From contig CM041465.1 of assembly GCA_023213395.1 (NCBI GenBank), forward strand, positions 21,886,001-21,950,000: a stretch of 64,000 nucleotides of DNA. Reading direction: 5' to 3'. This DNA comes from Cycas panzhihuaensis (lineage: Eukaryota > Plantae > Cycadophyta). Made by a program: the position numbers and the translations under genes. Under the pieces are notes generated by a model. That model was not told where the DNA came from. It ran no database searches and saw only the letters and a program-made list of their open reading frames with translations. Below, piece after piece: positions 1-10,379 of this stretch. Numbering within the stretch: position 1 is the first letter of the stretch; the number at the start of each line of letters is the position of its first letter.

Positions 1-1
1 T

Positions 2-52
2 GAATTTGAGAAAGTCATAAATGGCAAATTCCTAAAGACATTTTACATGTGA
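2..52 (+). pseudogene. End of pol (integrase C-terminus) of element A
   Basis: Reads EFEKVINGKFLKTFYM*, matching KF*KAVNDKPLKKFYI* at the integrase end of element D (34863-34910, minus). Confidence 0.75.
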
Positions 53-1511
53 GCCTTTCTAGTTCTGAGTAGAATAGTCACATTTTTCTTCACTCTAAAA
101 TGAGCCTAAACTACCACTCTAGCCACACTATTATTCCTACTAGTCAAAGGTATAATAATTGTTTAGAGTGGCTCCCTATCCTCTTGACTTCATGGTTTGT
201 GTTGTATGATTTTACCCTCCTTTCCAAAGGAGTCTCCTCTTCTTTTCCTAGTTAGAGGAGCAAACCTTATTTACTTCAGTGTGTGAGGTCACCTCCTAAC
301 TTAGGCTCTTCTTTAGTTTGGGTATCTATACCCCCTTGCTATTTCTTCCTTGGTGTATCCACCCTGTTCCTCCTGAGGAATGTATGTGGCACCCTCACCT
401 AGTCTAATACGTAACCATCTATTATACATGGTGATCGTGTGTGCCTAATATGAGCATGGGGTTATATAAAAAGGAAGCATGTGGGTATGGCCTATATGTA
501 ATATAATCAAAATTATAATGTAACAATTAAATAAAACTATCCAAGTGCATTATTTCTTGTGCACCCATACACCCATATCCATGTATACCCATGTCCATTT
601 CTATCTATGGTCATAAACAAAACAAATTACATCATAAATAAAATAACAATGTCATAGACATCATAAACAACATCATCATATGTTAAAATAGGATACCAAT
701 ACATCCCCTGTTATATATATATATAAAATTATATGGCACATCATGATCAATATGGTATATCATCTCGACAACGGGCCTAAGGAAGCCAAAATCCTTATAA
801 GGAGGAGTATAATTATATATCCATGTGTTATAAAGAAACTCCCTGGAGGCTCTAAGCTTCCCTATTAAGATCCATAATATAAAAATCTCCTGGGTGCTCT
901 ACTTATATGGGGTGTCATCTCCTCACTTACTTACTCTCTTGCTAGGAAACCATATCCCTCCTAGGCTCCTCTTGCATCTCTGCAATATTCTGGCCTCAAT
1001 GTCCTTATCTCGTACCCTCTACTAAGTGGTGGTCATCGTGTGTGTCTTACTACATGATGATCAAGTAGCCATTTAGTTGACTAGGTGGATATGTCTCTCT
1101 TGTGGGTGGTCCCTCTCAGTCAGAGCTTAGTCTTGCTCCCTCTCTACTCTGCAGAGCCTCTCCTCCAGTATATTAACTTATACCTAGCTCTTAGCATCAC
1201 CTCTTACTCCTCATGGCTGAGACTCCAGCCCTCACACCTTTCCATGTAGTGAGACCCTCTTTGCTAGTAACTAATTCCTCTCTGCTTATAGGCCATCTAG
1301 AGTGTGTTACATATGGCTCTCCTTACTTGGTGCTCATAGGTCTCAATAGCCCATAAATCCCATGCTTATATTAGAGGCGTGAATGTCATTATGTGTGGCC
1401 CTGCTAATCAAGGATCCTCACTCTCCATGATGGGAGGCTATCCCTTCTCATACGTCCACGAGAATAACTCATGGACTACTACCTCCATCAACCTCACCAT
1501 CTCTTCACCAC

Positions 1512-1640
1512 CTGTCAAAATATGTACACCATATATCAGTCCAAAATATACATAGAAGCATCAAAATATAAGCATAAGTATCCAAGGAAGTAGTAAATGA
1601 TTGAATGGAAGCTAAAGTTAGAATCAAGGGAGAATCTCAC
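1512..1640 (-). other. Putative GT-AG intron in the antisense PMD gene of element A
   Basis: Minus strand CCCAGGAG|GTGAGA ... TTTTGACAG|GTGG, 129 bp, AT-rich; same position in elements C and D. Confidence 0.65.
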
Positions 1641-2616
1641 CTCCTGGGATGACCAACTCCTCCTTTCATACTATCTCCTCATCTACTGCTCCCTTAGTTG
1701 CTGCCTCTACCTCCTTGACCCCTAGTATTACCTCCTCATCTGCCTCATGAGCTACTAGGATGTCTCCTCCCTTAACTCCCTTAGGTCTAAGTACCTCTCT
1801 CTCTATAGCTATTACTGCCTCTACTGTCACCACTATAGCCACTACTATTGTTAAGAATCTATTGGCAGCTCCCTCCCTGCCTTTATGCCTCCTCCTAGGC
1901 TTGCCTCTGCACCTCTTGCAGGCTCTGTTGTAGTACCTCCATCACCTCCATCCTCATCTCTACCATCCTCTAGCTCATCCCTGAGCTCTCCTCCCTCCTC
2001 ATCGCTCTCCCAATAAATCACTCGATATGGGTCTACTGTGTAGTCATTAAGTATGTGAAGGTATATTGAGGTGGATACCAGATAATATCTCATATACACC
2101 TGGTCCTCGATGCCCTTGAAATGTGTCTGCCATCTGTGTACTATAGGTGCTCTCGTAGATATAGGGTAGGGTCCTCCTACAGAGCTAACTCCTTTAAAAT
2201 GATCCAAGAACAAACATTATAGTAGTGTGTAGTATAAGAAGCCACCCCTCCTAAATATCTTGATCTAATCCAACTGAGCCACCACATTGGTTGCTATCAA
2301 TATAGCCTAGTTAAACCTCTCTCCCACCTTACACCTTCATATAGTATCCATCCAACCATTAGGAATCTCTATAATTTTATTTCTAGGAAATTTAGAATAG
2401 AATGTCCAGTGTGATAAGTTTCCTCCCCTGAGGAACTCTAGACAAAATCAAAGCCTACATAGAAAATCCTTTACAGTTCCATCTAATCTATTTAGTGAAA
2501 AATCTAGCTACCTCATGATGAGCAGTGTTCGTGCTAGGCAGGGTGCCCAAGGAAGTTGGTGTACCCCCTATTGGCACTTTGAGAATCCTTTAGATATCCC
2601 CTGGAGTGATGGTGAC

Positions 2617-3258
2617 TATTGGATATTGTGACAACAATATTTTGGGGTTAAAATTTTGGTGTGTTTTCGGCGTGGTTTCCCCCCCTAATCTTTCGCGGGG
2701 GGTTCCAAAGGGGCCGGGAGCCCCCCTTGGCTGGGGGGTGCAGGGGTGTAGAACACCCCCCATTAAGAGGGGGTTCAGGGAGATAGCCCCTAACCCAAAA
2801 AATTAGTCATGTAAACCTTATCAAATTGTAAAGAGAATCAGGGTCGTTCGATACAAATAGCCTAGATTCTATGACTGAGATTTATCCCTTGGATGTCCTT
2901 CTCATGTAGCCCATTTTAGGGCTTTTCTTATGATGTCATATGTAATGTAATGTACTGTGATAAGGGTGGCTATTGGTTTTTGTTCTTGAGAGCACTCTGC
3001 TTCTGAGATGTATTATTTCTCCATTCTATAGCAATAAAGCTCGATACCTTTCCTGTGTAGATGTTTCCCTAACACACTGCTAGGGTTTTACCATGTTATA
3101 TCAGGTGCATATGTGATGTTTAGCTTGTATATTGATGTTATTGCATTATCTCTGATTTTAGAACTTGCATGTTAATTCTTAGTTTTAATTCTTGTAACTA
3201 GTTGTAAAATAGTTTAGATCTTGTGGCGGTTTAAGGTTTGGGACCTGTATTCTCAACA
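2617..3258 (+). repeat. Copia-1 5' LTR
   Basis: Direct repeat of 7304-7946; starts TATTGG (TG mutated to TA) and ends TCAACA. Confidence 0.95.
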
Positions 3259-3260
3259 GG

Positions 3261-3273
3261 TGGTATCATAGCC
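3261..3273 (+). promoter_or_regulatory. Copia-1 primer binding site (tRNA-iMet)
   Basis: TGGTATCATAGCC 2 nt after the LTR; one mismatch to canonical TGGTATCAGAGCC. Confidence 0.92.
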
Positions 3274-3328
3274 ATTTTTGTTTTGTAGCAAGTTTGTGAA
3301 GGTTTTGGTGTCAAGTTTTCTACACCAA

Positions 3329-6300
3329 ATGGCGAAACTAGCAGGTGCAAAGTTCAAGGTAGAGAAATTTAATGGCAAGAACAACTTTGAGTTGTGGAAG
3401 CTAAAAGCATATGATGTTCTTATACAGCAGGGTTTATACAAAGCCCTTGCAGGAAAATCAAAGAAACCCGTAGGGATGGATGATGATGATTGGGATGACT
3501 TAGACAAAAAGGCACTTAGCACAATACAATTATGCTTGACAGATGAAGTCTTGTTTAACATCGTAGGAGAAGAGACAGTAGCAAGATTATGGACCCAGTT
3601 GGAAGGCCTATATATGACCAAATCAGTAACGAATTGAATCTACCTAAAGAGGTAATTGTACTCGTTACGGATGAAAGAAGGTATAAAAATTGCTGACCAT
3701 TTAAATGTTTTCAATACTCTTATTTGCTAGTTGACTAGTATCAATGTTAAAATTGAGGATGAGGACAAGGCTGTTACCTTGTTATGCTCATTGCCCAAAT
3801 CCTAGGATAATATTATCACCTCAATTAGTTTTAGCACTATAGATGTTTTGGATTATGATTCTATTGTAAGTGCTTTGCTAATGGAAGAAGTGCGAAGGAA
3901 ATCTAGTTTTGAAACCTCCACACCAGAAGCCATGATAGTAAGAGGTAGAACATTTGAGAGAGGACAAAACTCCAAGGATACATCGAGATCCAAGTCAAAG
4001 AGCAAAAAGACTAAGCTCAGGTGTTGGCATTGTAATAAGACCGGTCACCTCAAGAAGGATTGTTATAAAAGGAAGGAGTTCTAGGAAAAGGAAAATCTTG
4101 CTAAGGAGGCGAATCAGGTGAAGTCAAATTAAGGTATAGATGATGATGTCTTCATCACTTATAATGTTTCTCATTATCACCATGACTGGTTATTAGTTTC
4201 AGGTGCTTCGCACCACATGTGTCTATATAAGAGTTGGTTTTCATCATACTGACCTCTTGATGGTGGTGATATGCTTATGAGAAATGAAGTTTCTTATAAG
4301 ACAGTGGGCATTGGTAGCATCAGAATTAAGATGTTTGATGGGGTAGTTAGAACATTAACTGAGGTTATACATATACCTAATTTGAAAAGAAATCTTATTT
4401 CCTTGGGTGAATTAGATTCGAGTGGTTTTAAGCATACAGGTCATGAAGAAGTCCTAAAGGTGTCAAAGGGCACCTTGGTTGTTATGAAAGCCTTAAAGAA
4501 AGGAAATCTTTATATTTTAGTGGGAAGTACAGATGTCATCCAAGCAGCTACAACATCAAAGACTACAGAAGATCTAGCTCAGTTACGGCATCAGAGACTT
4601 GGGCACATGAGTGATAAAGGACTTAAGGTGTTGATAAACTGTAAGTTTCTTCCTAACTTGCAGCTTTCAGATTTGGCTTTCTATAAACATTGTATTTTTG
4701 GAAAGTAGTGTAAACTCAAGTTTAAAGTAGGGAGTCACACTAGTAAAGGCATTCTAGATTACATACATTTAGATGTATGGGGACCAAATTTCAAAATATC
4801 TTATGGATGATCATTGTATTATGTCACATTTATAGATGATTACTCCAGGAAGATATAGGTCTATTTTTTAAAAAGAAAATCTGAAGTTTTCAGTATGTTT
4901 AAGCAGTTCAAGGCTTTAGTTGAGAACAGTACTGGTAAGATAATCAAATGTTTAAGAACTGATAATGGAGATGAGTTCAACTCCTTGGAGTTTGAGAACT
5001 GTTGCAGAGAAGCTGGGATCGAAAGACACAAGACCACTAGCTATACTTCGCAGCAAAATAACATTGATGAGAGCATGAATAGGACACTCTTGGAAAGAGC
5101 AAGAAGTATGCTAAGTAATGCAGGAGTGGAATAGGGCTTGTAGGCAGAAGTTGTTCAAACAACTTGCTATTTGGTAAACAGGTCACCATCACTTGCAATA
5201 GATTGCAAGATTCCTGAAGAGGTATGGACTAGACATCCATGTGATTATTCAAATTTAAAAGTTTTTGGTTGTGATGCTTATGCCTGGACTGACAAAAGTA
5301 AACGTTCAAAGTTACACCCAAAATCCAAGAGATATATCTTTGTTGGTTATGGTGATAAGGATGGTGTAAAGGGATATAGGTTGTGGGATCCTACTACCCA
5401 CAAAATCACCATTAACAGAGATGTTATATTTGATGAATCTCCCCTTGTAAAATCAGACAGTGTAGAAGCTAAAATAAAATAGGAGCAGCAAGATGAACAT
5501 CAACAAGTCAAGTTTGAAATGAAACCATCTATGGAATTAGAAGATCATGAAGATCTTTCTGAAGATGAATTGGCAGTAGATTCACAGGAGTATGTAGACA
5601 CTCCTCTACCAATAGTTAGAAGATCTACATGAGTTAGTCATCCACCTGACAGGTACAACCCTTCTATTTCTATTACTTTGGTTTCTCATGATGGTGAGCC
5701 CACATGTTATTAGGAAGTAGTAGATAATATCCGTGGAGAGAAGTGGATAAGGGCTATGTAGGAAGAGATAGATGCTTTAAAGAAAAATAATTCATGGGAC
5801 TTGGTAGAACTTCCACATGGTAGGAAGACTATTGGTTGTAAGTGGGTTTTCAAAAAGAAAACAGATGTTGATAGAAAGGTTGATAAATACAGGGCAAGAC
5901 TGGTGGCTAAAGGTTTTGCATAGAAAGCAAGTATTGAATTTGATGAGATCTTTTCACCAGTTGTCAAACTTATTTTAATTTGAGTGCTGTTAGCATTGGT
6001 AGCTTCTTTCAATTTCGAGTTGGAGCAGTTAGATGTAAAAATAACTTTTCTACATGGAGATTTAGATGAGGAGATCTATATGGATCAACCAGAAGATTTT
6101 GTACAAGATGGTAGGAAAAGACTTATTTGCAGGCTTAGGAAATCATTGTATGGCCTGAAGTAATCACCCAGGCAATGGTACAAGAAGTTTGATGCCTTCA
6201 TGGAAAGCCAAAATTTCAAAAGAAGTGAGTATGATCATTGTGTTTACTTTAAATTTATGGACAATGGCTTATTCATTATCTTGATATTATATGTTGATGA

Positions 6301-7255
6301 CATGCTGGTTGCAAGCAAGAGCATGGAAGAAATCAATAAGCTAAAGGCTTAATTAGCTAGGACTTTTGATATGAAGGATCTAGGAGCTACAAAATAAATT
6401 TTAGGCATGGAGATACACAGAGACAAGAAAAATGGTAAGTTATGGTTATCATAGCAGAAATATGTAGAGAAGGTGCTAACCAGGTTTGGTATGGCAAATG
6501 TGAAACCAGCAAGTATCCCATTGGCTTCCCACTTCAAGCTTTCTTCAAATATGAGTCCTAGCAGTGAAGAAGAAAAGGCTTATATGTCTCGTGTGCCTTA
6601 TGCCAGTGTAGTAGGAAGTTTGATGTATGCCATGGTATATACAAGACCTGATATTTCACATGCAGTTGGTGTAGTAAGCAGGTTTATGGCAAATCCAGGA
6701 AAGGAATATTAGGCTATAGTGAAATGGGTGCTTCAGTATTTGAGAGGCACAAGCGACTACTGCATCACCTTTGGAGGTACAGGAAATCAGGTTTATGGAT
6801 ATATTGATTTAGATTTTACAAGAGATTTAGACAAAAGAAGGTCTACTTCAGGTTATTGTTTTACTCTTGCAAATGGTTCAATTAGTTGGATGTCTAAATT
6901 ACAGAGCACAATTGCACTATCAACCACAGAAGCTGAATATATTGCTACAGCACATGCTTATAAAGAAGCAATCTAGTTATAGGGTCCATTGGTTAAGCTT
7001 GGAAGGAGATAGGAAAATGTAAAGGTATTTTTTGATAGTCAAAGTGCCACTTACTTAGCTAAGAATCCAGTTTATCACAGTAGAACAAAGCATATTGCTT
7101 TGAAGTACCATTTTATTAGATAGGTTGTGGAAGCAGGTAGAGTGGCACTTGAGAAGATTCACACTAATCAAAATTGTGCTAATATATTCATAAAACCAGT
7201 ACCAGTAGAGAAGTTCAAATGGTGTTTAACTTCTCTTGGCTTGCAAAAAAGATGA
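3329..7255 (+). pseudogene. Copia-1 gag-pol polyprotein, many premature stops
   Basis: Gag KFKVEKFNGKNNFELWKLK; zinc knuckle CWHCNKTGHLKKDC (~4022-4063); protease SGASHHM (~4200); integrase HQRLGHMS and CLRTDNGDEF; RT EQLDVK and YVDDML (~6290); RNase H LSTTEAEY and [12 protein letters not shown]. Confidence 0.95.
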
Positions 7256-7292
7256 TGAAGGGTCCAGGAAAGGTACCGGGTAAATTGTTGTC

Positions 7293-7303
7293 AAGGTGGA
7301 GAT
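7293..7303 (+). promoter_or_regulatory. Copia-1 polypurine tract
   Basis: AAGGTGGAGAT directly before the TGTTGG start of the 3' LTR. Confidence 0.85.
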
Positions 7304-7946
7304 TGTTGGTTATTATGACAACAATATTTTGGGGTTAAAATTTTGGTGTGTTTTCAGCATGGTTTCCTCTCCTAATCTTTCTCAGGGGATTCCAAGGGGG
7401 GTGGGAGCCCCCCTTAGCTGGGGGGTGCAGGGGTGTGGAATGTCCCCTGCTAAGAGGGGGTTCAGGGGCGATAGCCCCTGACCTGAAAAATTAACCCTGT
7501 AAACCTTATCAAATTATAAAGAGAATCAAGGTTGTTTGATATAAATACCCTAGATTCTATGACTGAGATTTATCCCTTAGATGTCCCTCTCATGTAGCCC
7601 GTTTTAGGGCTTTTCTTATGATGTTATATATAATGTAATGTACTGTGATGAGGGCGACTACTGGTTGTTGTTCTTGAGAGCACTCTGCTACTGAGATGTA
7701 CTATTTCTCCATTCTATAGTAATAAAGCTTGATACCTTTCCTATGTGGATGTTTCCCTAGCACACTGTTAGGGTTTTACCATATTATATTGGGTGCATAT
7801 GTGATGTTTAGCTTGTATATTGATGTTATTATATTATCTCTAATTTTAGAACTTGCATGTTAATTCTTAGTTTCGTTTCTTATAACTAGTTGCAAAATAG
7901 TTTAGATCTTATGGTGGTTTAAGGTTTGGGACCTGTATTCTCAACA
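7304..7946 (+). repeat. Copia-1 3' LTR
   Basis: TG...CA, direct repeat of 2617-3258, followed by TSD GTGAC. Confidence 0.95.
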
Positions 7947-9412
7947 GTGACATCCTCCATCTATGGGAGATGAAAGACGTGCCTCCTCCTATCCCAATGA
8001 GACATAATATCTACTAGCAGCCTCTAGTCAGATGCATATTAAGGCATCCTAATCACCTTCAGTAGCCCATAATGTCATAGTATGCTTCTCTCCTACCATC
8101 TCATCATCTTAATAAAATTGATCATGACCATCCTTATGTTCTCACAATTATCTATTGGAAGAACCACCTACAAATAGTCATAAACCACCAACCAGTCAGT
8201 CAATAACCTAACTACCATGCCACACCCCTCTCTCCAAGTGGCCTAGGTTAGCTTAAACTATGCTAGGCTATCCAAATAAGGAAATTCTTTTTTTTTTTCC
8301 CTTAGTTGGTCCTTACCCTGCATTAATATCTATGGTCCCATAGATATTAATGCACACCCTATAGAGATTTTTTTGATCTCTGCAGGCCCTACAGAAAACT
8401 TTGCAACACCGTGGCAAATTCTATGGGGCTACAGTTACCCCTCCTAAAATGTGGGGTGGCCCTAAAAAATCCAATAATTTATTTTAGTGGACATAGATTA
8501 GTCCTTTAGGACTAGGGATGCCTAATGCCTTGGTCCTCCCCTTCCCTAAGCTTCCAATGAGCTCTAGGGGGTCCCCATGGCCCTTATGGTACCCAAATTT
8601 GCAAAAACAAAGTATTAAATTTAATAGATCAAAAAATAGAGCTAAAGGTAAGATCAACTTATTGGATCTAGTCTAATCACTGCCATCTCTCTATCTCATT
8701 CCTAATGACTATCTCCTCACTAAGATCTAATGGTCAAATCTCTTATAGTGAGTCCATGAAGGGTAGCGAAACTTGGATGCTTAAATAGAAGGGTTCCAGA
8801 TCGTATGAAAGGCCTGTAAAAATGAAATCCATTTTTGCCCCCTCGCCCCTTTTATTTGTAGGGCCTTTTGAGGCACCACCTCATTGTCCTCTAAAGGGAT
8901 AGCCCTTGTGACCCTTTTTTCATCATCATCCCTCTTCCCTTTAGGGCTTGGGCCCTGTTGTGCCCCTAAAACCTCCTTTTGGCCCTTTTCTGTGTATTTA
9001 TGGTGAGTTTCTTTAGCCTACAAAAGGATTAGTTGCCTAGATTTTTAAGCCTCTGTGAGACCTACTCATGTTTATACTCCATTGGCCCGTTTTGACGTAT
9101 TAGATCCATTTTTGCTATCTGTTTGAGCCCCTAAACCTTTGGGTGAGTTGTTCCCCCTCCTCTTAGACCCTCATTGGACTTACCATAACCCCTAGGGTTA
9201 TCAAAAGAGTATGTTTTCATCATCTATTCTTTCCCCTTCCATTGAGCAAGCCCTCCGAGAGCTTGGTAGGAGATCCTTAGGGCTCTTCTTTCCTTTTGTA
9301 GCTGATATATCCCATTATTTTAAGTTATTTTAGCCTTGTTGTCACCTTTTCACCCTGAAAGGGTTGTTACTAGTTTTCTTTGTGGCTTGATCTAAACTCC
9401 CTTTCATTTTCT

Positions 9413-9831
9413 ATGGTTCTATTCATTTTTGTTGATGGTGGTAGTTGTGGCAACCTTAGACATTCTATAGCCATATGGATCCTCTGTGATCCCTTTAGAA
9501 ATGATCACATGTATTCTAGAGTCTACCTGCCCAAGGCTACAAATAATGAAGCTGAGTATATAACCATTGTCAAAACCCTCATTAACATACTTCACTTCTA
9601 CCATGGCCCTATTATCCTTTATTATGACTCTCAAATTATTATATTGTAACTAACTCAGATTTACTAAGATTAAGGTCCCTCACCTCGACTACCAGGTTAT
9701 TATTGTCCTTCTTTTCCTCTGTGGATATCCAGTATATCCCTCAAGACTAGAATACTAAGGTAGATAGTCTTGTATGCTATATCTTGGAGCATCACCTCCC
9801 TTCTTTAGGTAATCCATCATCAATTTCATAG
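9413..9831 (+). pseudogene. Stand-alone archaeal-type RNase H (aRH) of element A
   Basis: FVDGGSCGN, KATNNEAEY, YDSQ, NTKVDSL give the DEDD RNase HI motifs; stops and a small deletion in the second half. Confidence 0.85.
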
Positions 9832-10369
9832 GCCAACCCTCCTTCCCTGAGAGACTTACATCATTGACCAATCTCCCTGGCACCTCCAAAAGTATGCTAC
9901 TGATGAGGTTAAACTATGGTGACCACAAGTTTGTTTCTTTGCTCCATTCTCATGCCATATATAACATGATCTTGTATATATTGGCACTTCATATTTACAG
10001 GTTTCTAGTGTGTGTTTACCTTTTGACTACACTTATATCCTATATGACACTTGTATTACATGTGGAGGTGATGAGGCAACCCTCGTGTCTCCTTCATACC
10101 ATACTCCTAGGTGTTGTATGTGCAACCCCCATGCTGCTTTGTCCCTACTTTATGTGCATCTTAGGCCTACGACTCTGTACCTTAAAGATGGGGTAGGTAA
10201 GGCCTCCCTATCTTCTCCCAACTACACGTCCTTGTCCATGTGATTAGTCATGACATTTACTACTCTTCTCAGATGATGACACACCTGTATAGGTAGATGT
10301 TACTGACTTGTTTTGTGTTGACATTAGTCACCATTGTTAAACACCTCTAAGTGACAAGGTTCTACTTCT

Positions 10370-10379
10370 AAGGGGGCAG
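10370..10379 (+). promoter_or_regulatory. Element A polypurine tract
   Basis: AAGGGGGCAG abutting the LTR start; homologous PPTs at 24139 and 29911 on the minus strand. Confidence 0.8.

Larger units (their letters stand above)
2617..7946 (+). mobile_element. Copia-1: full-length decayed Ty1/copia retrotransposon (Tork/Tnt1-like)
   Basis: Paired ~642 bp LTRs, perfect TSD GTGAC (2612-2616, 7947-7951), iMet PBS, PPT, domain order gag-PR-INT-RT-RH. Confidence 0.96.
900..8131 (-). pseudogene. Antisense accessory gene of element A: PMD (PF10536-like) + acidic/Gly linker + intron + coiled-coil exon; split by Copia-1
   Basis: Removing 2617-7951 rejoins LLVDIMSHWDRRRHVFHLP*MEDVTITPGDI*RILKVPIGG, matching the PMD motif ERW..ETHTFHLP.GE.TITL.DV..ILGLP; ORF 1851-2213 covers FLDHF...PIVHRW and the acidic linker; ATG ~8131; 3' end approximate. 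Confidence 0.75.

Noticed and set aside
2606-2806. 66 aa ORF and its twin at 7296-7481
   Set aside because: Chance frames across the GC-rich start of the Copia-1 LTRs; they begin outside the LTR and have no motif.
9864-10243. Hydrophobic or Cys-rich ORFs between aRH and PPT, possible env-like gene
   Set aside because: The peptide is not conserved in the homologous regions of C (24150-24730) or D (29920-30400).
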